Source of the DNA: Thermotogota bacterium
GTDB lineage: Bacteria > Thermotogota > Thermotogae > B3-G13
NCBI GenBank assembly: GCA_015486095.1
Contig: WFSK01000146.1
Span: 1 to 32,682 of the forward strand
Length of the DNA stretch: 32,682 nt
Reading direction: 5' to 3'
Shown: positions 19,365-27,228 of the stretch, in pieces
Numbering within the stretch: the stretch's first letter is position 1
How the letters are laid out: each line of letters opens with the position of its first letter
Program-made: the position numbers and the translations under genes
The notes under the pieces: model-generated
The model's database searches: none
The model's input: the letters and a program-made list of their open reading frames with translations, nothing else
Told to the model about the DNA's origin: nothing

Positions 19365-22300
19365 CAGGAGATTCAGAAGATGCTTTTTTGAAATCTACCG
19401 ATATCACCTTTGAAACCCCGCTATCCATAGTAACACCGTAAAGGACATCCGCTCCCTCCATCAAGAGCTTATTATGTGTTATCACTATGAATTGGGTCTT
19501 CTTAGAATATTCCTTCAACAGTCTTTTGAATCTTTCGACGTTGAAGTCATCGAGAGCGGCATCTATTTCATCGAGTACGTAAAACGGGCTGGGATTCACC
19601 TTCAAGAGTGAGAAGAGTAAGGCAATGCCTACCAATGTCTTTTCTCCTCCGCTCATCATCTGGAGATGTTGACTACGGTGTCTGAAGTGCTTTATTACTA
19701 TCTCCACTCCTGAATTCAATATATCCCCTTCTCCTCCCTCTAATCTGAGGTCCCCTTCTGCTCCTTCGAAGATGATCTTTATCATGGAGTTGAATTCCTT
19801 TTTGATCCGTTCAAACACCTCAAGGAATATCTTTCTGACTTCCTTATCTGCCATATCGATGATAGAACTCAACGTTTTCTTTGCCTTAACTATATCCTTT
19901 ACCTTTTCATTTAGTGCATCGAATTCTTCCTTGACCTCTTCGTATTCGGCAGGGGCCATGGGATTAACTGCGCCCAGATACTTCATCTTTTGTTCCAGTT
20001 CCCCAATTCTCTTCTTGGCTTCTTCAAGATCTAATTCTTGCTTTCCATATCTGGCTATTATTTCGTCGATCTCCTGTTCACCATACCCCAATCCGAGTAT
20101 GTTGTTCTTTATCCCTTCTAATCTAACTTCATCTTCTTTCAAAGTCATTTCCAGTTCACGTTCGATGGCTTTTGTCTTCTCGAGTTTTCTCTGCTTGCTC
20201 GTGAGTTTATTATCTATCTTCTTTATGGTCTCTAATTTTTTAACCTTGTCCTTCTTTTTGAAATTCACGGTCTCGAAGAGCTCCGCTATATCGTTTTCTA
20301 CAGTCCTCAATTCTTCAGAAACTTCTTTCAAGTGCTCGTTGGCTCTTTCCATTTCTGTAGAGAGTTCCTCTTTTCGCGATAACAGCTTTCCCATCTCCGC
20401 CAGCATGTCTTCTTTAGAAGCCTTCAAACGCTTTATTTCGTCTTCGTATTGTCTTTTCTTTTCTTCCAATACCTTTGTCTTCGTCTTCCATTCCGATATC
20501 TCGGTTTCGAATCGGCTTAACTCTGCCCTTTCTTCACTCACCGTTTTGTTCTCCAGGTTCAACTTTTCTTCCAGAGTTCGCCTTTGATTTTCAAGCTCTT
20601 GCATTTCTTCCTTCCTATTATCCTGCAATGTCTTTATCTCTTTTGCGCGTTTAGAATAATCGGTAAACATGGCTTCTAAGTTCTCTACCTCATCCGTGGT
20701 TTCATGCAACCTGTTTTCCATATCGCTGATCGTCTTCTCTATGGAAACAAATTCAGCATTCGCTTTTCTCAATCGTTCCTCATCCTTTTCATATCTTGCT
20801 TTCAAAGATGCCAAATCCCCCTTTATCTTCTCTATCTCATTTTCGAGGGAACTCAACTGTGAATTCAAGTGAGAGAGCTCTTTTTCGAGGTCCATTATCT
20901 CGCGATTTCTCGAGATCACCTTGTAGCCATTACCTCTCATACTGCCACCTGTTATAGCTCCACCTGTATCCATTAATTCTCCACCAAGAGTTGCAATACG
21001 CATTTTGAGATTCAATCCACGACGCACATATATAGCGGTATCCAAGGTATCCACTATTACGGCGTTATGAAAGAGATATGAGATCACTCCGGTGTATCTA
21101 TCATCGAAGGTTATGAGATCAACGGCATAGCCCTTTATACCCTTTATATCCTTAGGAAGAGGAGTCAATTTACGAGTGGGACCCTTTACCAGATCCATCG
21201 GGAGAAAAGTTGCTCTGCCAAGGTTGTGGGATTTCAATATGGATATAGCAAATTTTGCCGTTTCTGCATCCCTCGTAACGATATTCTGAGCTCTATTCCC
21301 CACAAGAGCCCACACGGCCTTTTCGTATTCCTGGGGTACATCTATGACGTTGGCGACTACATCTATTACCCCATCGAGACCTCTGTTATTCTTCTTCAAT
21401 TCGAAGATAACCTTAACAGGTTGGGCGAAACCCTCGTATGTTTCTCTCCATTTCCTCAATAGTTCGAGTTTCGATATCACAGAGCTCTTTTGCTTATCCA
21501 GTTCATTCTTCTTCTGCATGGTGATTTCCAATCTTTCTGTCATTTCCTTCAAAATGGATGCCATTTCTTTCACTTTAGACGTTAATTCGATACCATCTGC
21601 CTGAAGTATGCTTCTTTTCTTCCTCAGATCGTTGAGACGAGAATTCAACGCATCCATCTTCTCTTTCTTCATATCCAACTGTTCCGTTACGAGTGCTCTG
21701 CGTTCCAAGAGATCGTTTATTCTATCTTCGCTACTTTTCAATTCATTTTCGAGAAACGCATAACGCTTCAGCACTTTTTTCATTTCTTCCTGAATAGATA
21801 TCATATCCTGTTCTTTTTTCTCGAATCGTTCTCTCAGTTCGAATTGCCTTTCTTCCAACATCTTTAATCTATCTTTTGCCTTTTCATACTCTTTTTGAAC
21901 ACCATTGTATATGTATTTTACTTCTTCTTTCCTCTTCGATATCTTCGTCTCCTCATCTTTCATATACGATATCTTGGAGCTGATATCGATATATTCTCGC
22001 TCTAAAGCAGAGAGCTTTTCTCTGAACGTATCTTTCAACTTCTGTAATGTCTCCTGACGCTGTCTATAATCGTTCAAGATATTCGTGAAGTTATCTATTT
22101 CGCTATCTACATTGCTGAATTCCGTACTCAGGCTTTCCTTTTTTGCTTCTATCTCGAAACATTCTGTCTCCAGCTTATCTATCTCTTGCTTAACTTGTGC
22201 CAACTTAGAGGCGTTCGATTCGTATCTGAGCATGACCTTCTTCCCCTTCACGGCATACACGATCGTCTTCAATTCTTTTAGTTCTTTAGAATACTCTTCG

Positions 22301-22923
22301 TACCTCTCAGAACGCTTTGCCTGGAGATGCAATCGCTTCATCCTTTGTGAGAGATCAGAAAGGATACTCTTCAAAGCCGCAACATTTCTTTCCACAGAGG
22401 TGAATTTTTTAAGCGCTTCACTCTTTTGCAGTCTGTACTTGTCCACTTTTGCAGCTTCTTCTATGAGGAGGCGGAGTTTCTGGGGAGAGGCAGATAGAAT
22501 CATTCCTATTTCTCCTTGTCCGATAATTGAATAAAATTCTTTGCCTATCCCTGTTCCCGCAAAGTAATTCACCACATCTTTCAATTTGACATGGTCACCG
22601 TTCAAGATGTACTCGTTTCCTCTCTCCTGCGAATACCTTCTCTCTACTGTTACTTTCCCTCGATGATCTAAGGCCAGAGTAACGGCGACGTGGGCATGAG
22701 AAGCCGGAGGAATGGAAGATGTCCCATTGAATAAGATATCTATCGCCTCTTTAGCCCTCAAATTCTTCTTCGATTGCTCACCAAATGCCCATTTTATAGC
22801 ATCTACCATATTGGATTTACCAGAGCCGTTTGGTCCGACGATAACGGTCAAAGAGTCATCAAAGCTCAAGGATAAAGGAGTTGCAAAGGATTTAAATCCT
22901 CTTATATATATCCTTTTAAGCAT
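19339..22923 (-). CDS. smc: Chromosome partition protein Smc
   Basis: Walker A GPNGSGKSNMVDAI, long coiled coils, hinge (GRATFLPMD), signature MMSGGEKTLV, Walker B FYVLDEIDAALD. I prefer ATG 22923 (MLKRIYIRGFKSF, with GGTGA 5 nt upstream) over the track's GTG at 22932. Confidence 0.95.
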   Translation of the reverse strand: MLKRIYIRGFKSFATPLSLSFDDSLTVIVGPNGSGKSNMVDAIKWAFGEQSKKNLRAKEAIDILFNGTSSIPPASHAHVAVTLALDHRGKVTVERRYSQERGNEYILNGDHVKLKDVVNYFAGTGIGKEFYSIIGQGEIGMILSASPQKLRLLIEEAAKVDKYRLQKSEALKKFTSVERNVAALKSILSDLSQRMKRLHLQAKRSERYEEYSKELKELKTIVYAVKGKKVMLRYESNASKLAQVKQEIDKLETECFEIEAKKESLSTEFSNVDSEIDNFTNILNDYRQRQETLQKLKDTFREKLSALEREYIDISSKISYMKDEETKISKRKEEVKYIYNGVQKEYEKAKDRLKMLEERQFELRERFEKKEQDMISIQEEMKKVLKRYAFLENELKSSEDRINDLLERRALVTEQLDMKKEKMDALNSRLNDLRKKRSILQADGIELTSKVKEMASILKEMTERLEITMQKKNELDKQKSSVISKLELLRKWRETYEGFAQPVKVIFELKKNNRGLDGVIDVVANVIDVPQEYEKAVWALVGNRAQNIVTRDAETAKFAISILKSHNLGRATFLPMDLVKGPTRKLTPLPKDIKGIKGYAVDLITFDDRYTGVISYLFHNAVIVDTLDTAIYVRRGLNLKMRIATLGGELMDTGGAITGGSMRGNGYKVISRNREIMDLEKELSHLNSQLSSLENEIEKIKGDLASLKARYEKDEERLRKANAEFVSIEKTISDMENRLHETTDEVENLEAMFTDYSKRAKEIKTLQDNRKEEMQELENQRRTLEEKLNLENKTVSEERAELSRFETEISEWKTKTKVLEEKKRQYEDEIKRLKASKEDMLAEMGKLLSRKEELSTEMERANEHLKEVSEELRTVENDIAELFETVNFKKKDKVKKLETIKKIDNKLTSKQRKLEKTKAIERELEMTLKEDEVRLEGIKNNILGLGYGEQEIDEIIARYGKQELDLEEAKKRIGELEQKMKYLGAVNPMAPAEYEEVKEEFDALNEKVKDIVKAKKTLSSIIDMADKEVRKIFLEVFERIKKEFNSMIKIIFEGAEGDLRLEGGEGDILNSGVEIVIKHFRHRSQHLQMMSGGEKTLVGIALLFSLLKVNPSPFYVLDEIDAALDDFNVERFKRLLKEYSKKTQFIVITHNKLLMEGADVLYGVTMDSGVSKVISVDFKKASSESPVTPGVKVM

Positions 22924-23074
22924 TGAACTCACCTGTTATTGTGGTTTGCATCTCCATCGCTTTTATTTTACATCATTCGGTTGGAATTATCCCCTTTTTG
23001 TATTCGTCTTCCGGTGAACTCATTGGTGGGCAGTGTGTCTGAACGAAGTAGTGTAGGAGAGTATAAATACTCGA

Positions 23075-23485
23075 TCAAGATTCCTTTCCGAACTCCTCCA
23101 ACACCTGTTTTATAGCATTATATGTTTCTGCATTTGCGATCTCTTCGTAGAGTTTTTCTGCACTTTCTTCATCGTATACATGAACTAAAATGTTTCTGAT
23201 CTCTATCAGCTTACCCATCCTTTCCTCATACCTTTCGGGAATAATTCCCTCTTTGAACAGTGCTTGAAAACAGGATTTTGGCGAATAACATTCTATTCCC
23301 TTTGAACGGAGGTATTCCTTTGAACATTTCCATAAACTTTCATAAGTATATTCGAATCTCTTTGTGGCGATCTCTATTAAAAAATCTCTGCTGAATAGAT
23401 CCTTAAAAGCAGGTGTTGTTACGATTTCTTCATACTTCTTAAACGCTTTTTTAAATCTTCCAAGAGCCCTTTTGAATTTATCCAT
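23075..23485 (-). CDS. HEPN-domain protein (nucleotidyltransferase substrate-binding, HI0074-like), putative toxin
   Basis: 136 aa. RFEYTYESLWKCSKEYL and the Rx4H motif IRNILVHVYD. GGAGGG SD upstream of ATG 23485. Confidence 0.8.
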   Translation of the reverse strand: MDKFKRALGRFKKAFKKYEEIVTTPAFKDLFSRDFLIEIATKRFEYTYESLWKCSKEYLRSKGIECYSPKSCFQALFKEGIIPERYEERMGKLIEIRNILVHVYDEESAEKLYEEIANAETYNAIKQVLEEFGKES

Positions 23486-23781
23486 ATTCTGCCCTCCTCT
23501 GTGATATGTTTGAGCAGGCTTGCATTTTCCACCTTAGCAATGTCGACGATATCTATATCCCTGAGGATGGGTAAGTGTCCAAGCGCTTCCAAAAGTTCCA
23601 TATATTTTTTCCCAGGGATCTCACTGCCAGTGTATATCGCTATGTCGATATCCGATTGCCTATTGAAGGAACCCTTTGCCATGGAACCGAAAAGTATAAC
23701 GAGCACTTCTTTCTGAAGCACTTTCCTTATCGTCTCTTTTATCAGTTCTTCGTATCTTTTCGTGCCTTCTGTTATCATCAT
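23419..23781 (-). CDS. Minimal nucleotidyltransferase (MNT, HI0073-like), putative antitoxin
   Basis: GSMAKGSFNRQSDIDIAIY is the classic GSx(n)DxD NTase motif. I prefer ATG 23781 over the track's TTG at 23784. The 3' end overlaps the HEPN gene by 67 nt. Confidence 0.85.
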   Translation of the reverse strand: MMITEGTKRYEELIKETIRKVLQKEVLVILFGSMAKGSFNRQSDIDIAIYTGSEIPGKKYMELLEALGHLPILRDIDIVDIAKVENASLLKHITEEGRIWINSKGLLEDLKKRLRSMKKS

Positions 23782-23789
23782 CAAGCCCC

Positions 23790-24872
23790 TTATAATGTAT
23801 TTACACTGTATTCACTTTCTATCGTGGTTCGTATCTTGATTGCCTCGACTTTATACCATTCCCTTAACGTTATTGCTCTTTTCGAATGTCCACTTTCTAC
23901 GATTATCTTATCCCCTGAGAGTGATGGGATATATTTTATCTTCTTCTTTATTCTTTCTAAATTTTTGTTACGTTGCCCCTTTACGGTATCGAAAAATTCC
24001 TGTGAGGCATATATGGTAAAGGATTCGCTCGAATCATTCAATACATCTGAAAGCAATCTATAATATACCTCACCTTTTGCCATCTGTCCTATGGCGGGAT
24101 GAAATGGTCCACCAACGACATTTTTATACTTTTCCGGAGGGATGTAAAGGCCTATCCTTATCACTTCTATCTCTCTTGCCCAGAAGAGTATCAATTCATC
24201 TGCCAAGAGTTTAACCGTTTCTTCTAAGCTCGGTGGCTTGTAAATCCCCTTTTTATACAGTGCTTCGAGAGAAGCCCCTTTGAGAACAAGGGTTGGATGA
24301 ATTCTAACAGTATCCGGTTTTAGTGCAATGATCTTTACAGCAGATATCAGGTCTGATAGACGAGATGCCCCATACATCCCTGTCATCAGATGTACACCTG
24401 TCTCAAAACCATATGATTTACAAAGAGATATCGCTTTTACCACTGCATCCGAAGAATGTCCCCTACGGTTGAGACGAAGCACGCTATCATCCATAGATTG
24501 GCAGCCTATCTCTATCGTTTCGACCTTGAATTCTTTGTACATCTTCAAGAGTTCTGGTGTGATCTCATCCGGGCGAGTTGACATCCTTATTGAACCGACT
24601 TTTCCATTTTCAATAAATGGTTTTACCATACTCAAGTATTCCTCTTGAAGTTCTGGCTCGAGTCCCGAAAACGTTCCACCATAGAAGGCTACCTGTATCT
24701 TACCCATTGCCTTCGAAGGCATATACGAAAGATATTTTTCAATATATTCCGATATCTGGAAGGGAGAAAGTGGTTGAACTACACCAGTTTCACTTACTTG
24801 GTCACAAAAAAGACATCTGTGTTTACAACCTGCGTAAGGCAAAAAGATAGGAATTATATATCTTCTCTTCAT
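23790..24872 (-). CDS. Radical SAM protein, ELP3-like core without an acetyltransferase domain
   Basis: IIPIFLPYAGCKHRCLFCDQ contains the CX3CX2C cluster motif in the N-terminal context seen in ELP3-type radical SAM proteins. No further Cys cluster (no SPASM/twitch). ATG 24872 lies 5 nt after the upstream stop. The track start at 24902 is TTG. Confidence 0.8.
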   Translation of the reverse strand: MKRRYIIPIFLPYAGCKHRCLFCDQVSETGVVQPLSPFQISEYIEKYLSYMPSKAMGKIQVAFYGGTFSGLEPELQEEYLSMVKPFIENGKVGSIRMSTRPDEITPELLKMYKEFKVETIEIGCQSMDDSVLRLNRRGHSSDAVVKAISLCKSYGFETGVHLMTGMYGASRLSDLISAVKIIALKPDTVRIHPTLVLKGASLEALYKKGIYKPPSLEETVKLLADELILFWAREIEVIRIGLYIPPEKYKNVVGGPFHPAIGQMAKGEVYYRLLSDVLNDSSESFTIYASQEFFDTVKGQRNKNLERIKKKIKYIPSLSGDKIIVESGHSKRAITLREWYKVEAIKIRTTIESEYSVNTL

Positions 24873-24877
24873 GAGAC

Positions 24878-25096
24878 CTACCTTGGGGAATTCGCTACAC
24901 AATATGCTTTTAACATCTCATCAACGCTCCCATCTGGAAGCATCCAATCTGGATGAGATTCTCCTCTTTCTTCCATTTGATATCGAACGCAACTCCTCCA
25001 ATTTCCTTTACAAAACCTTATTATCCATTTCTTATCCAATATCCCCGCTTCGTAGAATCTTCTCATTGGGCATACCGGATACCATTTGCATTCCAT
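24878..25096 (-). CDS. Small Cys/Trp-rich protein (72 aa), probable metal or Fe-S binding, function unknown
   Basis: MECKWYPVCPMRRFYEAGILDKKWIIRFCKGNWRSCVRYQMEERGESHPDWMLPDGS has a CX5C...CX6C arrangement plus a fifth Cys. ATG at 25096; the track's GTG at 25111 is an alternative. Coding is supported by tight spacing to both neighbours. Confidence 0.6.
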   Translation of the reverse strand: MECKWYPVCPMRRFYEAGILDKKWIIRFCKGNWRSCVRYQMEERGESHPDWMLPDGSVDEMLKAYCVANSPR

Positions 25097-25114
25097 AAGA
25101 AGAACATCCACTCC

Positions 25115-26119
25115 TCAATATATCACACTCACGGTACCTTCATAATAATTGGTCACGTACACTTTATTCGTTGCCAAATTTACACATGCTCTCATTGGGG
25201 CACTGACTTTTATCATTTCCACTATTTCATTTGTTTTTCCATCTATTACACCGATCTCATCATTTAGATAATCGATCACGTATATCTCATTGGTTATGGG
25301 GTTTAAAGTTATACCGTTGGGATAGCCTTTAACGGATATCGTTTTGGTCATCACATTCTTTTTCCCATCTATTACACTGATACCATCACTGTTGAGCACG
25401 TATATCATGTTCGTTGTATAATTCACGCTTATTCCTCGTGGATAACTACCAACGGATATCGTTTTGATCGTTTCATTCGTTTCTCCATCTATCACACTCA
25501 CACTATTACTCCCACCGTTAACCACGTACACTCTATTCGTCTTTCTATCTACACATACCCCAACAGGACAGTCTCCGACAGATAGCGTTTTGATCACTCC
25601 ATTCGTTTTTCCATCTATTACACTAACAGTATCACTATGTTCATTAGCCACATAGATCCTATTCGTTCTCGGATTCACACATACACCTGCAGGCCACTTC
25701 CCAACCGAAATCCTCCCGATCACCTCATCTCTTTTACCATCTATCACACTCACACTATTGCTTCCGCCGTTGACCACATATATTCTATTCGTCTCTGGGT
25801 TTACACATACTCCAATGGGTCGTTCTTCCACAGGGATCGATTTAATAACCCTGTTTGTCCTTCCATCTATTACACTAACACTGTTACCCGAATAATCGGT
25901 TACATATATCTTTTTCGTCTCAGAATTTATACCTATACCAATAGGATCAAGAATCCCTTTGGCTTCTCCCAATTTCCATATATATATGATATCTTTCACC
26001 CACCTATTCGGAGAAAGATTAGCCGCGAAAAGGGCCTGTATTCCAATGCCCATAAGCACCAGAGAAAGAAATGAACAGATCAAAAAACTCCTCAGAATGC
26101 TATTCTTTTTCACTTTCAT
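25115..26119 (-). CDS. Secreted YVTN-family seven-bladed beta-propeller protein
   Basis: Signal-peptide-like KKNSILRSFLICSFLSLVLMGIGIQALFA, then about 6.5 copies of a ~40-aa unit (xxIYVxNxxSNSVSVIDGxTNxxIxTIxVGxxPxGVxVN). The start is ambiguous: GTG 26134, ATG 26119, or GTG 26113. The last has GAGGTGA at good spacing. Confidence 0.85.
   Translation of the reverse strand: MKVKKNSILRSFLICSFLSLVLMGIGIQALFAANLSPNRWVKDIIYIWKLGEAKGILDPIGIGINSETKKIYVTDYSGNSVSVIDGRTNRVIKSIPVEERPIGVCVNPETNRIYVVNGGSNSVSVIDGKRDEVIGRISVGKWPAGVCVNPRTNRIYVANEHSDTVSVIDGKTNGVIKTLSVGDCPVGVCVDRKTNRVYVVNGGSNSVSVIDGETNETIKTISVGSYPRGISVNYTTNMIYVLNSDGISVIDGKKNVMTKTISVKGYPNGITLNPITNEIYVIDYLNDEIGVIDGKTNEIVEMIKVSAPMRACVNLATNKVYVTNYYEGTVSVIY
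25118..25960 (-). repeat. In-frame tandem ~120-nt coding repeats (YVTN blades)
   Basis: Repeated NR[IV]YV[VA]N..S[ND][ST]VSVIDG[KE]TN units are visible in the translation. They are divergent at the DNA level and lie within the propeller CDS. Confidence 0.8.
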
Positions 26120-26134
26120 CACCTCTGGATACAC

Positions 26135-27208
26135 CTACACGTTAAATCGAATCTCCACGATATCACCGTCATGGATGGGCTCATCCTTACCAACCAGCTT
26201 CATCAAGCCCTTTGCCTTCACCTCCTTCATCGAGCCCAATCTCCTGAAGTCATCATATTTCACCACTTCTGCTCTTATGAATCCCCTTTCCATATCCGAA
26301 TGTATCTTTCCTGCCGCCTTTTTAGCAGATGTTCCGTCTTTTATCTGCCAGGCCTTGACCTCATCCTTACCAACCGTGAAGAAGGAGATCAAGCCGACAT
26401 GAGAGAAGAGTATCCGAGTTAATCTATCTATCCCTGTTTCTTCGACACCCAAATCTTCCAGGAACGCCTTTCTATCTTCTTCTTCCAGCTCCATTATCTC
26501 TTCTTCCAATTTGACACATATCTTTAACAACGGTATGGAATTCTCTTCGGATAGTTTCTTCATGTCCCCACCAGGAAAGCTCTCATTCCTAAACCTTTCT
26601 TCATCAACATTTATAACAGCAACGGAAGGTTTCAAAGTGAAGAAACCGAAACTGTTAATACTGCGAAGTTCACTCTCATCAAAAGATACGTTGAAAAGCA
26701 TATCTTCGGATTCGAGATGCTTGTAAACCTTATGTAGCGTTTTGAGCTCATATTCTTCCTGAGGAGTTAGTCTTCTTTTCGCGTTTTCGATTCTCTTTAT
26801 CCTTGTCTCTGCTACAGACATATCCCTTAACAACAACTCTGCTTTTATCTGTTCAAATTGCCCCGATGAAGAAAGCTCTCCAGATTCCCAAGGAATGGCT
26901 GATGAATCGAATGCCCTTATAATCCATAAGAGTGCATCGACATTTTGGATCTCCTCTAAGATCTTACTTCTTTCTTTAGCAGTTGCCTTTGGAGATAACC
27001 CCCTTATATCTGTGAATTTCAAGGTAGCGTACGTGGTCTTCTTTGGCTTGAAGATGTTAGAAAGAAAATCGACCCTGGGATCCCATACCTTTACAACGGC
27101 AGTATTCTCCCTGTTAGTGAATTCCTCAGCCGAACTCTTCTTCTGGCAGAGTAAATCGAAGAGTGTAGTCTTACCAGAGTAAGGAAGCCCAATTATTCCT
27201 ATCCACAA
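26135..27208 (-). CDS. ychF: Ribosome-binding ATPase YchF (Obg-like, TGS C-terminal domain)
   Basis: 357 aa. G1 motif GIIGLPYSGKTTLF, a central helical insertion, and a C-terminal GFIRAEVVKYDDF...GDIVEIRFNV. TTG start at 27208. Confidence 0.88.
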   Translation of the reverse strand: MWIGIIGLPYSGKTTLFDLLCQKKSSAEEFTNRENTAVVKVWDPRVDFLSNIFKPKKTTYATLKFTDIRGLSPKATAKERSKILEEIQNVDALLWIIRAFDSSAIPWESGELSSSGQFEQIKAELLLRDMSVAETRIKRIENAKRRLTPQEEYELKTLHKVYKHLESEDMLFNVSFDESELRSINSFGFFTLKPSVAVINVDEERFRNESFPGGDMKKLSEENSIPLLKICVKLEEEIMELEEEDRKAFLEDLGVEETGIDRLTRILFSHVGLISFFTVGKDEVKAWQIKDGTSAKKAAGKIHSDMERGFIRAEVVKYDDFRRLGSMKEVKAKGLMKLVGKDEPIHDGDIVEIRFNV

Positions 27209-27228
27209 GTTCGTTCAACCCTCTTTCT

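Noticed and set aside
19772-22534. Long plus-strand ORFs inside smc (271 aa at 19772-20587, 149 aa at 22085-22534, and others)
   Set aside because: They are antisense to a confidently identified smc. They translate to low-complexity S/F/L-rich strings, which is expected from the reverse complement of GAA/AAG/GAG-rich coiled-coil codons. They have no SD or recognisable motifs.
19339-22923. SMC-family protein as part of a defence system (Wadjet/Lamassu-like)
   Set aside because: It has canonical housekeeping Smc length, a hinge and head motifs. There are no JetA/B/D-like or Lamassu effector partners adjacent. Its neighbours are unrelated genes.
23059-23072. GAGTAT-AA-ATACTC inverted repeat just downstream of the HEPN stop, as a terminator
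   Set aside because: A 2-nt spacer cannot form a stable hairpin loop and no U-tract follows. It might be a protein-binding palindrome or part of the smc promoter, but the evidence is too thin to call.
25118-25960. Periodic ~120-nt repetition that could be mistaken for a CRISPR-like or tandem-repeat array
   Set aside because: The repeats are in frame, divergent at the DNA level, and translate to YVTN beta-propeller blades. There is no repeat/spacer structure and no cas genes.
27199-27207. DnaA-box-like CTATCCACA near rsmG/ychF, possible oriC
   Set aside because: It is a single 8/9 match lying inside the ychF start codon region. There is no cluster of boxes, no AT-rich unwinding element next to it, and no dnaA or dnaN nearby.
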